Shown: piece after piece, positions 13,640 through 26,109 of the stretch | How positions within the stretch are numbered: the first letter of the stretch is position 1 | How the letters are laid out: every line of letters starts with the position of its first letter | Assembly: GCA_038087875.1 (NCBI GenBank) | Contig: CM075991.1 | Span: forward strand, 4,650,001-4,714,000 | Reading direction: 5' to 3' | DNA: 64,000 nucleotides | DNA from: Malacoraja senta | Lineage: Eukaryota | The notes under the pieces: generated by a model | The model's input: the letters and a program-made list of their open reading frames with translations, nothing else | Database searches by the model: none | Told to the model about the DNA's origin: nothing | Position numbers and translations under genes: made by a program

Positions 13640-14351
13640 ATCTGTGCTCTGGTCGAACTCTCAGCACATGGTGTATTTTGTGGAGCTCATAGTCCCTTGG
13701 GAGGATGCTGTGCAGGAAGCCTTCGAAAGAAAGAAACTGCGATATACAGAGCTTGCAGCGGAGGCAGAACAGCGGGGCTGGAGAGCTAAGATCTGCCCGG
13801 TAGAAGTTGGATGTCGTGGATTCGTGGCAACATCTACCTTAAGACTGATGAACGACCTGGGGATCAGCGGACAAGCCCTACACCAGGCCATCAAAGAAAC
13901 ATCATGGGTGGCAGAGCGGAGTAGCCAGTGGCTCTGGCTGAAGAGAAAAGACCCCATTTGGTCTCCCAAATAACCGACTAAACAGATGCAGAGGGGGGTG
14001 GTTCTGGGACGCCAGAATGCACCGCTGAGCCTACTGGAGACGTTGTGGGTTCAATCAGCGAAATGTCGATGAAAGTAGGTGCCCACTTGATAACCCCAAT
14101 GATGTGTCTGCCTAGCCTTTCTCAACATCGGAGGAGCATAGTTGATAGTCTGAAGAAGGGTTTCGGCCCGAAACGTTACCTATTTCCTTCGCTCCATAGA
14201 TGCTGCTGCACCCGCTGAGTTTCTCCAGCATTTTTGTGTACCTTCGGAGGAGCATAGTTGAGTGCAGAAGGCTCCCACCACCATCGGGAGTAAATTGATA
14301 TTTGGCACTCTGGACTTTTAACATCTAGTCCTGTGTATTTGTAAACAAAAC
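13640..14351 (+). mobile_element. HERO-like (R2-group) non-LTR retrotransposon 3' end with restriction-like endonuclease
   Basis: PD..VELIVPWEDAVQEAFERKKLRY..PVEVGCRGF..AERSSQWLWLKR, with stop at 13973. Flanked by ATACCTG (13633-13639, 14352-14358) inside a CR1 3' remnant. Confidence 0.85.
14146..14243 (+). mobile_element. Penelope pLTR-derived short insertion with intact minimal hammerhead core
   Basis: TSD TCGGAGGAGCATAGTTGA (14128-14145, 14244-14261). CTGAAGA-aGGGtttcggCCC-GAAA-CGTT-ACC at 14150-14180. Confidence 0.85.
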
Positions 14352-14639
14352 ATACCTGTCCTATCCATGTATCTGTCTAATTATTTCTTAAACGTTGCAA
14401 TAGTCCCTGCCTCAACGACTTCTTCTGGCAGCTCGTTCCATATACCCACCACCCTTTATAAAAGTTACCCCTCAGATTCCTATTAAATACATCTTTTCCC
14501 ATTCACCTTCAACCTATATTCTCTGCAGAACAAATTCACTGAACTAATTCTCAATTAACAAATTCTCAATTTAGATTGGCACGTTATCCCCACTCCAGGT
14601 GCAAATATAAAATAACAATCACCTGTTGGGCTCCAACAA

Positions 14640-14870
14640 GTTTTTCAAAGAGACCAAGAAGTTAGGAGCGAAAAAGGCTTTAAATAGGCGGCATCTTGAT
14701 GGACGTCTGCCTTATCCAATCAACGCCGGGATGGGCCGGCGCCCTGGCCAATGAGACGGGTTAGGGGGCGTTCCCGGGGGCGGGACATGAGGCCGCGCGC
14801 TGGGTTTCGTCCGTTTCCCATTCAAAACACAACTGGCGTCGCAGGAGGCGTCGCGCTCCTCGCGGCCCTG
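14640..14870. promoter_or_regulatory. CpG-rich promoter of PEBP4, possibly bidirectional
   Basis: Local CpG/GC enrichment. CCAAT at 14716 and 14748, GC box GGGGGCGGGA at 14776-14785, TTCAAA (reverse CHR) at 14821 and 14644, minus-strand TATTTAAA at 14679-14686. Lies directly upstream of the exon-1 donor. Confidence 0.75.
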
Positions 14871-14913
14871 CTTTTGCTTGACATTTAATCACATATATTT
14901 TTTTAAAAGAAGC

Positions 14914-14930
14914 ATGCTTATCGTTAACAG
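14914..14930 (+). CDS. PEBP4: PEBP4 exon 1 3' end (5' UTR, with possible in-frame upstream ATG giving MLIVNR)
   Basis: Consensus donor CAG|GTAAGC at 14930/14931 just downstream of the promoter. ATG at 14914 splices in frame to the ATG at 18378. Confidence 0.5.
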
Positions 14931-15895
14931 GTAAGCATATTGTGCGATACCGTGCGCCAAGTTATGAAGTGAAGCGCGATTTTTCCGTTTTGCCTGAACA
15001 TGTTTTTTCACCTGTTTTGTTCTCTCTCTCCTGTCAGTTACATGTTTTCTTTCAAAGCAAATAAACAAAAACTACAAGGCCTTTTTGGAAATGAATGGAG
15101 AAAATTAAATATGTTTTCCTCTACTTTTTCATCAATTGTTTTTCTCTCCTGTCGGTTAAATGTTTTCTTCTAAAGCAAATATTAAAAAAAACTATAAAGG
15201 GAAGGGGTCAGGTGTTTTTAGTAGGCCTTTGGAAATGATTGTAGAAAATTCAATGTGTATTTTCCTCTACTTGCCAGTGTTGTCAACTGTGTGTGGCTTT
15301 CTTGTTAATGAAGATGTTCAACAGTCCAGTGGGAATGGTGTTTACATTTGCTGGCAGTGGATCAACATAAGGGAACATGATTACAGTGAAGATCCAGGCT
15401 GAGTTGAAGTGAGGTTAAAGGGAAATTATATCTGCTGGCGTGATCTGTAACCAGCAAACATTTGGTTGAAAATGTCAAGCTGTTTGATTTGCACATGCTG
15501 TTTTGATTTGAACATGACTGTGCTCAACCACATTTAGATAGAACACAGAAGGTGTCCCTAGTTATTGAAAAACTGTGGCATCGTGTACTCAAAAGCGTGT
15601 GGCAATGAGCAGTCATGGATCTACATTGCAAATGCCTGCCCTGAACGTATGTTATGGAGGAATTCATTCAGACAACTTACAGGCAAACAAGTAACATAAT
15701 TTCTGCTGTTGCTCAGCCCAGACTCATAAAAGGATGCTGATGACAGGGTAGTTCGCACTACACATACTGGTTGAGTCACAAAGTCCTGGAAAGTTGATGG
15801 AAAGGTGTGGATTTGAAGCAATATGGGAACTAAGAGATTCATAGAATTGAATAAATTTTATTGGCAAAGCTAGTGATTTTGATGTTTATTGAAGA

Positions 15896-16629
15896 TTCCT
15901 CCGACATTTTCGCCACCTCCAATGGGATCCCACCACTGGCCACATCTTCCCATCTCCTCCCCTGTCTGCTTTCTGCAGAGACTGCTCCCTCCGTAACTCC
16001 CTGGTCAATTCGTCCCTTCCCAACCAAACCACCTCCTCTCCTGGCACTTTCCCTTGCAACCGCAGGAAATGCTACACTTGTCGCTTTGCCTCTCCCCCCC
16101 CCCGTTGACTCCATTCAAGGACCCAAGCAATCTTTCCAGGTGCGGCAGAGGTTCACCTGCACCTCCTCCAACCTCATCTATTGCATCCGCTGCTCTAGGT
16201 GTCAGCTGCTCCACATCGGTGAGACCAATGTAGGCTTGGCGATCGCTTCGCCCAACACTTCCGGTCGGTTCGCAATAACCAACCTGATCTCCCGGTGGCT
16301 CAGCACTTCAACTCCCCCTCCCATTCAAAATCTGACCTTTCTGTCCTGGGCCTCCTCCAAGGCCAGAGTGAGGCCCACTGTCAATTGGAGGAGCAGCACC
16401 TCATATTTCGCTTGGGCAGTTTACACCCCAGTGGTATGAACATTGACTTCTCTAATTTCAGGTCGTCCCTGCTTTCTCCTCCCCTTCCCAGCTCTCCCTC
16501 AGCCCACTGTCTCCGCCTCTTCCTTCCTTTCTTCTTCCCGCCCCCCCCCTCACATCAGTTTGAAGAAGGGTCTCGACCTGAAACGTTGCCTATTTCCTTC
16601 GCACCACCCGCTGAGTTTCTCCAGCATTT
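15896..16629 (+). mobile_element. Penelope-like element 3' part: GIY-YIG endonuclease plus pLTR
   Basis: QRFTCTSSNLIYCIRCSRCQLLHIGET, then (frameshifted) VAQHFNSPSHS..LEEQHLIFRLGSLHPSGMNIDF, followed by the GAAGAAGGGTCTCGACCTGAAACGTTG motif. Confidence 0.9.
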
Positions 16630-17003
16630 GGATTGGATTGGATTCAATTTATTGTCATTGTCTCAATTAAGAGACAACGAAATGCCATTTTCCTTACAGT
16701 CATACAAAATAAAAAAGCACAGAACACTGAAATCCACGACACAAACATCCCCACAGTGGCACCAAAGTTCCCCACTGTGAGGGAAGGAACCAAAGTCCTG
16801 TCCACCTCCTCGCTGATCTTCCCAGATGTTCACCTGTGGTTGGGGGCTCCCGAGCACCCCGTGGTCGCCGCTACGGGTGGCCCGATATTCAGGCCCTCTC
16901 GCCGGGAATGATGGAACCCCGTCGTCGAAAACATAAAAATAAATTAAAAAGATACCAGACTGAAGGCGGAGGCAGCCAGCTTACAGCACCACCGGATGTC
17001 CAT
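16629..17003 (-). mobile_element. GC-rich non-autonomous retroelement, internally deleted
   Basis: Its 5' end matches 32548 onward. Carries the conserved 3' stem-loop, AATAAA and (AATCC)n tail. Confidence 0.65.
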
Positions 17004-17304
17004 TTTTGTCTACCAGTGATTTAGATGGTGACTGAAACGACAGGATTGTTCCAAACCTATCTGATGTTTGGAATGCTTACTAAATGCTTCAGGGGAAAAC
17101 TAATTTGGTGTTCTTACCTATATGCGACTCCTGACCCACCAATACTGTTTGAGAACTACTGTCTCATTTTGGGGATAGAAATATGGAGCTGTGGATTACA
17201 GAAACTGGTCCATTAACCAAGCTTGTCCAAGACAACTATCAAACACTCATCTTTAAGATAGTTAAGAATGGATATTAAATAGTGGCATTGCCAGTGGTGA
17301 CCCC

Positions 17305-17526
17305 ATCTCTGGAACTCTCTGCCACAGAGGGTAGTTGAGGCCAGTTCATTGGCTATATTTAAGAGGGAGTTAGATGTGGCCCTTGTGGCTAAAGGGATCA
17401 GGGGGTATGGAGAGAAGGCAGGTACGGGATACTGAGTTGGATGATCAGCCATGATCATATTGAATGGCGGTGCAGGCTCGAAGGGCCGAATGGCCTACTC
17501 CTGCACCTATTTTCTATGTATCTATG
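17305..17526 (+). mobile_element. CR1-clade LINE 3' end
   Basis: Near-identical to the 3' ends of 18836-19328 and 56499-57582. (TATC/TATG) tail. Confidence 0.85.
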
Positions 17527-18377
17527 AATGGAGAAATGAAAGGCTTTGAGGTGAAGTTATAATGATGAAAAAATAGTTTTGAGCTTCTTTGATAATGCAG
17601 TGGGAAAAAATAGCCACAGAATGTATCCAGTGCAATTATTCTCATGTCTTGAATTCCCTCCTTCAAACTTTCACCACATGTGCATATATCTTTCATTATG
17701 CAGCTTAGAGCATATTTAATTTGATTGCCACCCTTGGAATGTTTTGACGATGGTATGTAAATATAATTTATCTGCTACTGTTTCAAAGGGTTGTGTCACG
17801 CTTTGTGGTCATAATATTAAACTGATTGACCAGCATTAGCTTCTAGTTTGATAGTCAGTCAGTTTTAAAATTCTCATCAGATCACTCTATAGATTTGCTT
17901 CTCTCTAAAATTGTTGAACTTGACATCATCCAGAGTTTTAACTGTATATTACTACAAAAACAATGTAATACAAAGCACCAAGTAATCTACCACTATGATA
18001 TAAATTGAAAGTTAAGATCATTGCTTATCTATGCTAGATTGATTTAAAGCTCTGTCAATCGAGCATAAAGTAATCAATTGACACACAATGACTAAAGAGA
18101 TTTAAAAAATTTAGAACAATCATATAAATATTAATCAATAGGCATTTTAGAAAATGAAGAGAAGAGGGATGTTAAAAATGATGTAAGAGTACAGAAAAGT
18201 ACATCGTGAGCCGCTGAGAGAAAAAAAGTTGTGTGTGCATTATGCTGTGCAATGAATTGTGCCACTTGAGAAAAGCAATAGGGTTCAGAATTCCAAAACG
18301 TAGGTAGGTCATTTGTTTTGCGCACAAATGAATGATTTATGGGTATTTATTAAGAAATTGTGATTTGAATTTTCAGG

Positions 18378-18505
18378 ATGAAGCAGCTTATATATTTTCT
18401 TCTGGTTGGATTGAACATTCTTTCTCATATGGAAGTGGATTCTTCAGTCGATTTGGAAGAATCAATATGTATTTTTAAAAACGGCGGTGACAGCAGTATT
18501 TGCAG
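18378..18505 (+). CDS. PEBP4: PEBP4 (phosphatidylethanolamine-binding protein 4) exon 2: start and signal peptide
   Basis: Acceptor ttttcag| at 18376. Reads MKQLIYFLLVGLNILSHMEVDSSVDLEESICIFKNGGDSSIC plus AG, with a hydrophobic N-terminus. Phase-2 GC donor AG|GCAAGC joins exon 3 in frame. Confidence 0.8.
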
Positions 18506-18835
18506 GCAAGCTCATCAATGATAACTTACTCTGGAATAGTATACTTAGCTCCAATTTAAAACTCGCTTCTTATTGGCATGCTTGCATTCATCATAATGTA
18601 TTGGAAATGGTACACACACAGCGTGTAATCCCTGCATTTTGCTAGTGGTATTCTTAATGTAGATATAGGCTATTCAAAAATGAGTGAAGTTAATTTATAT
18701 TGTTTATTTATGTTATGTACATTAGTACCAATGAAATTTGGTATTGTTTCCCTTAAGTTTCATTTCATTGTTTATTATGGACCCACTTTTATTTGATTTT
18801 GTTTTTCTGAATGAGCAACAGCAATAAGATTCAGA

Positions 18836-19328
18836 ACAGAGAAGGTTCACCAGACTGATTCCTGGGATGGCAGGACTTTCATATGAAGAAAGACTGGATA
18901 GACTCGGCTTGTACTCGCTAGAATTTAGAAGTTTGAGGGGGGATCTTATAGAAACTTACAAAATTCTTAAGGGGTTGGACAGGCTAGATGCAGGAAGATT
19001 ATTCCCGATGTTGGGGAAGTCCAGAACAAGGGGTCACAGTTTAAGGATAAGGGGGAAGTCTTTTAGGACAGAGATGAGAAAATAATTTTTTTTCACAGAG
19101 AGTGGTGAATCTGTGGAATTCTCTGCCACAGAAGGTAGTTGAGGCCAGTTAATTGGCTATATTTAAGAGGGAGTTAGATGTGGCCCTTGTGGCTAAAGGG
19201 ATCAGGGGGTATGGAGAGAAGGCAGGTACAGGATACTGAGTTGGATGATCAGCCATGATCATATTGAATGGCGGTGCAGGCTCGAATGGCCGACTCCTGT
19301 ACCTATTTTCTATGTTTTAATGTTTCTA
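18836..19328 (+). mobile_element. CR1-clade LINE 3' fragment
   Basis: QRRFTRLIPGMAGLSYEERLDRLGLYSLEF..RGDLIETYKI, then 3' UTR and tail. Confidence 0.9.
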
Positions 19329-20449
19329 TAAACCAAATGGTGAATTGGCATCAAACACCATGCAAAGCCAAGTTCTTGTCACCTAATTGTTGAGGTATTT
19401 ATTCAGTAATCAATAATGAGTGCTGGTAAACAGAAGGACATGGGAAGCATTGATGCTCAGTGTAGAGGAATATAGCTAAGAATTAAGTACACATATGTAT
19501 ACAGCCAGGAACGAATGCCCAGGAATGAAAGAGATTACAGAAAGTGGTAGACACTACCTGTTCTATCACACATACTGACCTCCCCATAATCAAGGGCATC
19601 TATTGGAGGCATTGCCAAAAGGCAGCCACTATCTTCAAGGACCCTCACCATTCGTATGGACTGTTAAGCTGCTGCAAATAAGAATTTCATTGTTAAATTG
19701 TCCATACATATGACAAATAAATATTCTTGATGCTTGGCATCTAACATATTAATGAATACCACTTCTGATGTTATTTTTCATGTGGTTGATTTTACCAAGA
19801 AGACTGGTCAAATTAAAACCAAATGGCTGATTGCGTCTTAAGTTGGCCGGTGACCATTGACCATTTTTGAATAAGTAGAAGTTTCTCTTGCCCTTTTCTT
19901 TTAATCATTGTATGGCCCAAATTGACATTGTTACAACCAAGAGGTGGGACATTTCCAGCAAACATTGTGTGCTTTCTTCCAATTGTAGAAACCCGAAGCA
20001 TTGCTCCCTTAAGAAGTGTGAAACTTAAACAGAAGTACTGTAAAATAAGATAAAGGGGGACTGATGGTAGATTTACAACTTTCTGTGCTGTGGCTTTGTA
20101 CAGAAACAGATAATCGGATGCAAAAAGCCTGCATTGGTGTTTTTATCTCCAAATCTATTATATCCCTTTTAATTTTTTTGTATGCTTTGTTATTTCCTTT
20201 GCAATGTCATAGAAAGCTCTATTTACGTTGATGCTTTTCGATATTGTCTTCTTTTCATCGCCCTGGCTATTGAAAACAATTTACCAATATTGACTTACAA
20301 CTCTTAATAATGTTAGGTTTATTTCCATTATCTTAGCTCTAGTGAAACTGTTCTTGGATTCTCTTAATAATTTGTGCTCTCATTTAAACTGTTAGTGGTT
20401 CTTTATAGTACTGTACCTTCACAGTTACATCTATATCCATGTAATAGGT

Positions 20450-20638
20450 GTTTAAGAAGGAACTGCAGGTGCTGGAAAATCGAAGGTACACAAAAATGCT
20501 GGAGAAACTCAGCGGGTGCAGCAGCATCTATGGAGCGAAGGAAATAGGCAACGTTTCGGCCCGAAACATTGCCTATTTCCTTCGCTCCATAGATGCTGCT
20601 GCACCCGCTGAGTTTCTCCAGCATTTTTGTGTACCTTC
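20450..20638 (-). mobile_element. Penelope pLTR-derived insertion with inverted 5' segment forming a hairpin of about 77-bp arms
   Basis: 20482-20558 is the near-perfect reverse complement of 20561-20638. TSD TCCATGTAATAGGT (20436-20449, 20637-20650). Confidence 0.85.
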
Positions 20639-23600
20639 CATGTAATAGGTTATAGATTCACATTTTTATTTTCCGGTTTTGTTTTTAAACACTCTCAAAA
20701 CAAACATCAAATTAATGCACAGCTAATTTAAAAAAAAATGGTGGCATGAAAATAATGTGCAAAAATTATAATCAATTATTATGTTTGAACAGCGATGATT
20801 AAGCAGTTGCGATTCTCTGTCAACTATTATGCATTCCCTATGTATCCCCAAATGTTATGATTTCCTGGGTAGGGTGTAAAACCAGAAAGATTTACAACCA
20901 ATCAACAAAGTAGCGGAGGAACTTAGCGGGTCAGGCAGCATCTATAGATGCTCAGGACATACGATGTTTGAGTTGGTGCCCTTCTTTAGACTGATGGAGT
21001 AGGGTGGAAGAAAGCTGGAAAAGAAAGGTGCGGGTGCTGCAAAGCCCCATAAGAGGCTCTTCTGGGCTTTCCCCCAAACCTATCTATTTTTTCCAACAAA
21101 GAGTCTACACTAGAGAGGTCTTCTGTCTATTCTCTGCACAACTGGTGCGTGACCCACTGAGCTCTACCAGTATTTTGGTTTTTTTTTCTCAAGTTTCCAG
21201 CATCTGCAATCTCTTGTGTCTCGAAGATATAAAACCATTTTGGGGAGGTAAAATCTGCAAAATTCCTCTCTAATGGACCACCGTGACCCTGCTTAGATCT
21301 TTGCAATCAGTCCCATGCAGTATCTACCTGTTCTAGGTGATGACTTCCATATTAGATTTCTGCTTGCAAGAACTCAGCAAATCACCATCCATCACATGAA
21401 ATAACAAACTACAGGTAGTGCAGTTGTCCTCTTCCATCCTGTGCAAAAGACCAAGTCTTGACACCTAACCTTGAAATAACAATATTCAAAACTTCTTTGT
21501 GCTTTACAATCTGTTGGAGTGAACTATCTCCGCTAAACACAATTACTGATTTTGTCATTTTATGAAATAGAATTCTGGTAATGTCTAGTTTGTGCCACTA
21601 GGTGGTACAGGCGTGCTTTATATTTCATTTTCAAAAGTTGCAACTTCACTGGAAAACTAAACGGAATTACGCTTGGAGATAAACTAATTGAAACGTATCA
21701 TATTCCATAGTTTATTGTTCATACTCTGTGTAAAACCAGGATTTTAAAAAAAGTATTGCTTGGTTACCTGTCCCGAGTCTGAATGGGCTGGCTATATGTG
21801 AATTCAGCTTGAGACAGGTCTTTGTTATGCCAAGACAATTTTGGTTTAGGTCAGATTGGATATGCTGTTCTGGCGCAGGTCAGTACTTTATCCAGGCTAG
21901 TTTAATATGGTGCCAGTGAGTAGTGGTTGAGCTACATTGACACTTCATTAAAGAGTGGATCAGGGGTTTGACTCTTAATGGAAGGGTTATTTTCAGAAAT
22001 GGCTTAAAGTTTGACTCGGTCAGCAGAGGGAGTGGATGGAAAATATTGACTAGGTTTGATAAGTTATATTTGCATTGCTGTCATAGCTAGGCAGTGAGGC
22101 GAAGATAAGGGAATTCACCCGAGTTGCAAGTATCTCTTTCAGATGTGGATATGTTTATGCCTGGATGTAATATTCTGCAAATATCTCCAGGTTGGGTTGG
22201 GTAAGGAAAATATAAAAAAAGGTCTTGGTCTGTCTTATGTTTGGATGGGCCATGGTTAGGATGAGTTTTAAGTTTATATCCAAATGGACTCAATTAAGAA
22301 AGTAATAGTAATAAGAGGTAAATTACTTCATAATCCTTTTCTCTTGGCATCTATCCTGTTACCTTACTGATTGTATTTCAAACCTGTTTTTGAATTTGTT
22401 AGTCAATTTACATTCATTGTTTTACATAGTTGGGTGATGTATAGTTATCCTGATTTGTTTCAATCCAAGGTGTTTTTTAGTTATACTCCTTTTTGTTTTT
22501 TTCTGGTACAAATTGAGTTTGGTTTATATCGCAAGAGCACATGGCAATAAAGATTTTATCTTAGAATTGTCTGAACATCAATTTCACAACCTCTTTATGT
22601 GTACTGCAATAAAAAAAACATTACATTTTAACATATTCCGCCTTTCCTTATTCCACAAGGACTTGTCATATTAAAATAAAAGTATAATTAAGTACCTTTT
22701 ACTGTTTTTAGCAGCACATGTCTCAGCCAATAGGAATATTTGCCAATCGCAATGAGATGAATGGCTGGAGATTTTTTTTCATTCAAGGTGGAAGGTTGGC
22801 AAACACACGATTGCCTCTTACTCTTCTACAAACACTGCAAACATCTTTAACCATCAACTAAAACGGAGTCGATCTTCTGCATTGAAATAAAATATTTTGC
22901 ATAGGCTAGCATTCAAGAAACATCACACATCTGAGAATTCAACTTTACATTACAAAATTATGTGCACAAATTTTGAAGTGAGTTTTGATCTTGTATCAAG
23001 ATGACACTTCCTGATCTGTTGCTGTCAGTTAATTGTGGCTATGTGAGACGGCACTTAAACAGAGAGAGCTCGGTCCTCCTGCCCCAACGTGGAAGGAGGA
23101 CCGCTTTTGTTCTTACCTTTCCTAGGTGCTATTTATTTATCATATGTCAGCCAAAAGGACATGACTTTGATAATGTGATGAGCTAAACTGAAAAGTTTAT
23201 TGTTTAATTCAAAATTTTGTTGAAGTTTAGTTCAATGATGTAGCCTTGCTTAATCCTAGTCTTCATTAGAATTGGTGTACCTGTTAGCTAGAATCAAGAT
23301 CTATATGTTATTTTGTAACCGATATAGGAGGATAACAAGTTTATGAGAAGTTAAATGTAAGTGGATTCCTAATTTCCTTCAGGGTTAATAGAGTGGAAGA
23401 CCTGTGAATTTAAGAAAGGTTGTGGTACTATTCGTAACATTTTTCTTGGATGCATTCCATAGTGAACATCATATTTGTTTCATCTCCTGAAAGACAGTAT
23501 GCCCTTTATTTCTTTGGTGGAATTATTTGGCCTGTGGGAAGAAGTGGATGAGGAGGATTTTTGAAATGGCTTTCATGGTGGCAGACAGCCTCCATTGTTT

Positions 23601-25079
23601 GTGCTATTTGCTTTGCTTCTTTTCCTGAAAATAGTCTCCATTATGTTGTTTCTGAGGTCACCTACCATGTTCTTCTCATCCCAGATGGGGGAGATGAGGG
23701 TAAGAATGTCTTGGTGTGGTAATACAGGCTTTTAGTCAAACCTTACCTGGTGTATTCTGTGCATAATGAGTCCTCATACCCAAGGAGGGTATTACTTACC
23801 TTGTAGAGAATGTATTGTGGATTAACTGCATTGATTTCTGGGATGTGGTGATTGCCTATGAGCAGATATGATTGGTACTGACATTTAGAAGAATGAGTGA
23901 TAATCATTTTGAAACAAAACATTCTCAAAGAATTTTGCAGCTGCTGCTTACCCAGAATGAATGGAAAATATAAAACAAGGGGATGGAGTCTGAGCAGAAA
24001 GGTCAGTATTTTGGACAGAGATGAGCAATAATTTCTTCACAGAAGATTATAAACCTTTGGAAATAGCTATCTTTAAAAGTTTTAATTGTGTGTGTTGAAG
24101 GCTACAATCGATATTTGGGCATGAAGGATTTTCAATGATCAATGCGAAAGAGTACGTGTTTGAGGGGCCATTCCCTCCAACCTTTTTCTCCATATCTGGA
24201 AGGCCAAACTTGCTGTCCCACATGGGCGTAGAGTTGGACGGCAAGTGGTGGCAGGACCAACGATATAGCTTAATCATGTGAGTGGGCATGAAATACCAAC
24301 CATGAAACTCTTTTTTAATTTTAAGGAAGGCACAAACCCCCCCCCCCCCCCACACCAAGTTCTGCTGACTGACAAAACTGTCATTAACTTTATTTGCTTT
24401 TGATTCATTGCTGTATGACTATGTGCCTGACATTTAAAAAATATATATTTTTTGAAAGTAAAATATTTTAAAATATATTTTCTTCAAGATGAAAGCAAAT
24501 CAATTAAGACACTTTAAAACTGAAGTAATTAAAACGATCAAATGAAACCTATATAAAATGAAAAGAGTTACTTAATTTCATCTTTTTGTTTGTTCAACAC
24601 TCATTCAAATTAATAGGCTTGTGCATCATGCATTAAATTCAAGAACGGAATCCCCAACGTAGGTTTTAGGGAATCCCAATAAGCTTCTGCTTTGTCATCA
24701 AGCTCCGTGCAGAGCCCAAGGAGGAGTGCAGGTGGAATTAGCTGGTGAGTTTACCTGGCAAGTTCAAGGTTCAGCATCCGTGTGGAGGTCTGAAGGTAAT
24801 ATAGTAATAAGAGGCCTTGGTGGCAGTTATGCTGTGAAATACTGGCCGAACCACAATAAAATTTGCACCATCATATTCTTGGCTGGATGTTTTTACCTCT
24901 CCTTTCTTTTCCAAGGCTATTCATAATAAGATGTATTTATGGATGTAAAGACTGATTGAAATATAAGATTCCATTGTTTCCATGGCAAAACTAAAATTTT
25001 AAGATTTTTTTTTACTGCTCTGCATCTTTCATGATGTTCAGAATAATATATTTATTTTTAAAATTCTGTTTATTTCCAG

Positions 25080-25212
25080 GGGTGATCTCCAAGTGATTTA
25101 TCCAGAATTGGGAAATGCAGCATGCATCGTCATCCCAAAATGTAATAATTTCCGAAAGCTCCTGAGCAAAAAATGGAGCGCACCATATGTTAGATTTCCT
25201 GATGCCACAGAG
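25080..25212 (+). CDS. PEBP4: PEBP4 exon 3
   Basis: Acceptor tatttccag|, donor GAG|gtaaat. Reads (R)GDLQVIYPELGNAACIVIPKCNNFRKLLSKKWSAPYVRFPDATE, matching my recollection of mammalian PEBP4 [42 protein letters not shown]. Confidence 0.92.
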
Positions 25213-26109
25213 GTAAATTATTGCAATAATTATTGCAATAAAAGCAACTTTATATGAATTGCTTACATCTAAAGTTGTTGATTGAATACCGGTTTACTAT
25301 TGAAGGCTGCCATACAAATAAGTGCCTTCAAAGCAATACTTTCATAAGATTAAGAAGTAATGTAAAAATATCATCAATAATGTTAGAGTTGTAAGATTGA
25401 CTACATTCTGATAAAGATGGCAGAAGAGCAGAAAGTACTGTAAATATGCATATATACATTTATTTGTATTTCTGGATATGGACCTCACTAGCAATCCCAG
25501 GATTTATTATGCATCTGCCAGCATCCCAGAAGATGTTTGGTAGGCTTTTTCATTAAAAAAAATTATAAGAGTCACCCATGTTGCTGTGGAACTGGAATCA
25601 AATATAGACCAGAACATGTAACAGTGGAAGTTCCCTGAAGAACGCTTGTGAACGATGCATCTTGATAACGCTCCTTTGTTCCTGAGACTAGTTGTTAATG
25701 CCAGATTGTTAACTGAATTTAAAATTCCACAGCTACCCAGGCAGAATTGAAATCATTTTTTTGAATTATTAGTTGTGGATTCATGGTCCAGTAACTTAAC
25801 TACAGATTGATTGCCTCAAAACATGTTGCAGCCAATAGTATTTGAAATGCAACAATCTATGAATAAGCTTTTCCACAACGCAGCTTTATTTAAATTTATT
25901 GGAAGCATCATTTTTATTATACCAGTGAGAGATGGGAATAACTTCTTAATTCATTGTACAGGAAAATAATGTTAGTAATTTAATTAATTAAAAATAACTA
26001 AACTGGAATTCAGTGACAAACTTCTGTAGATGTTTTAAATTTGGATTTTACTCTCACTCCTCCCCAATCGGCTCTAATCCAAACCTTTAGGGTCAACTGA
26101 TACAGAAAA

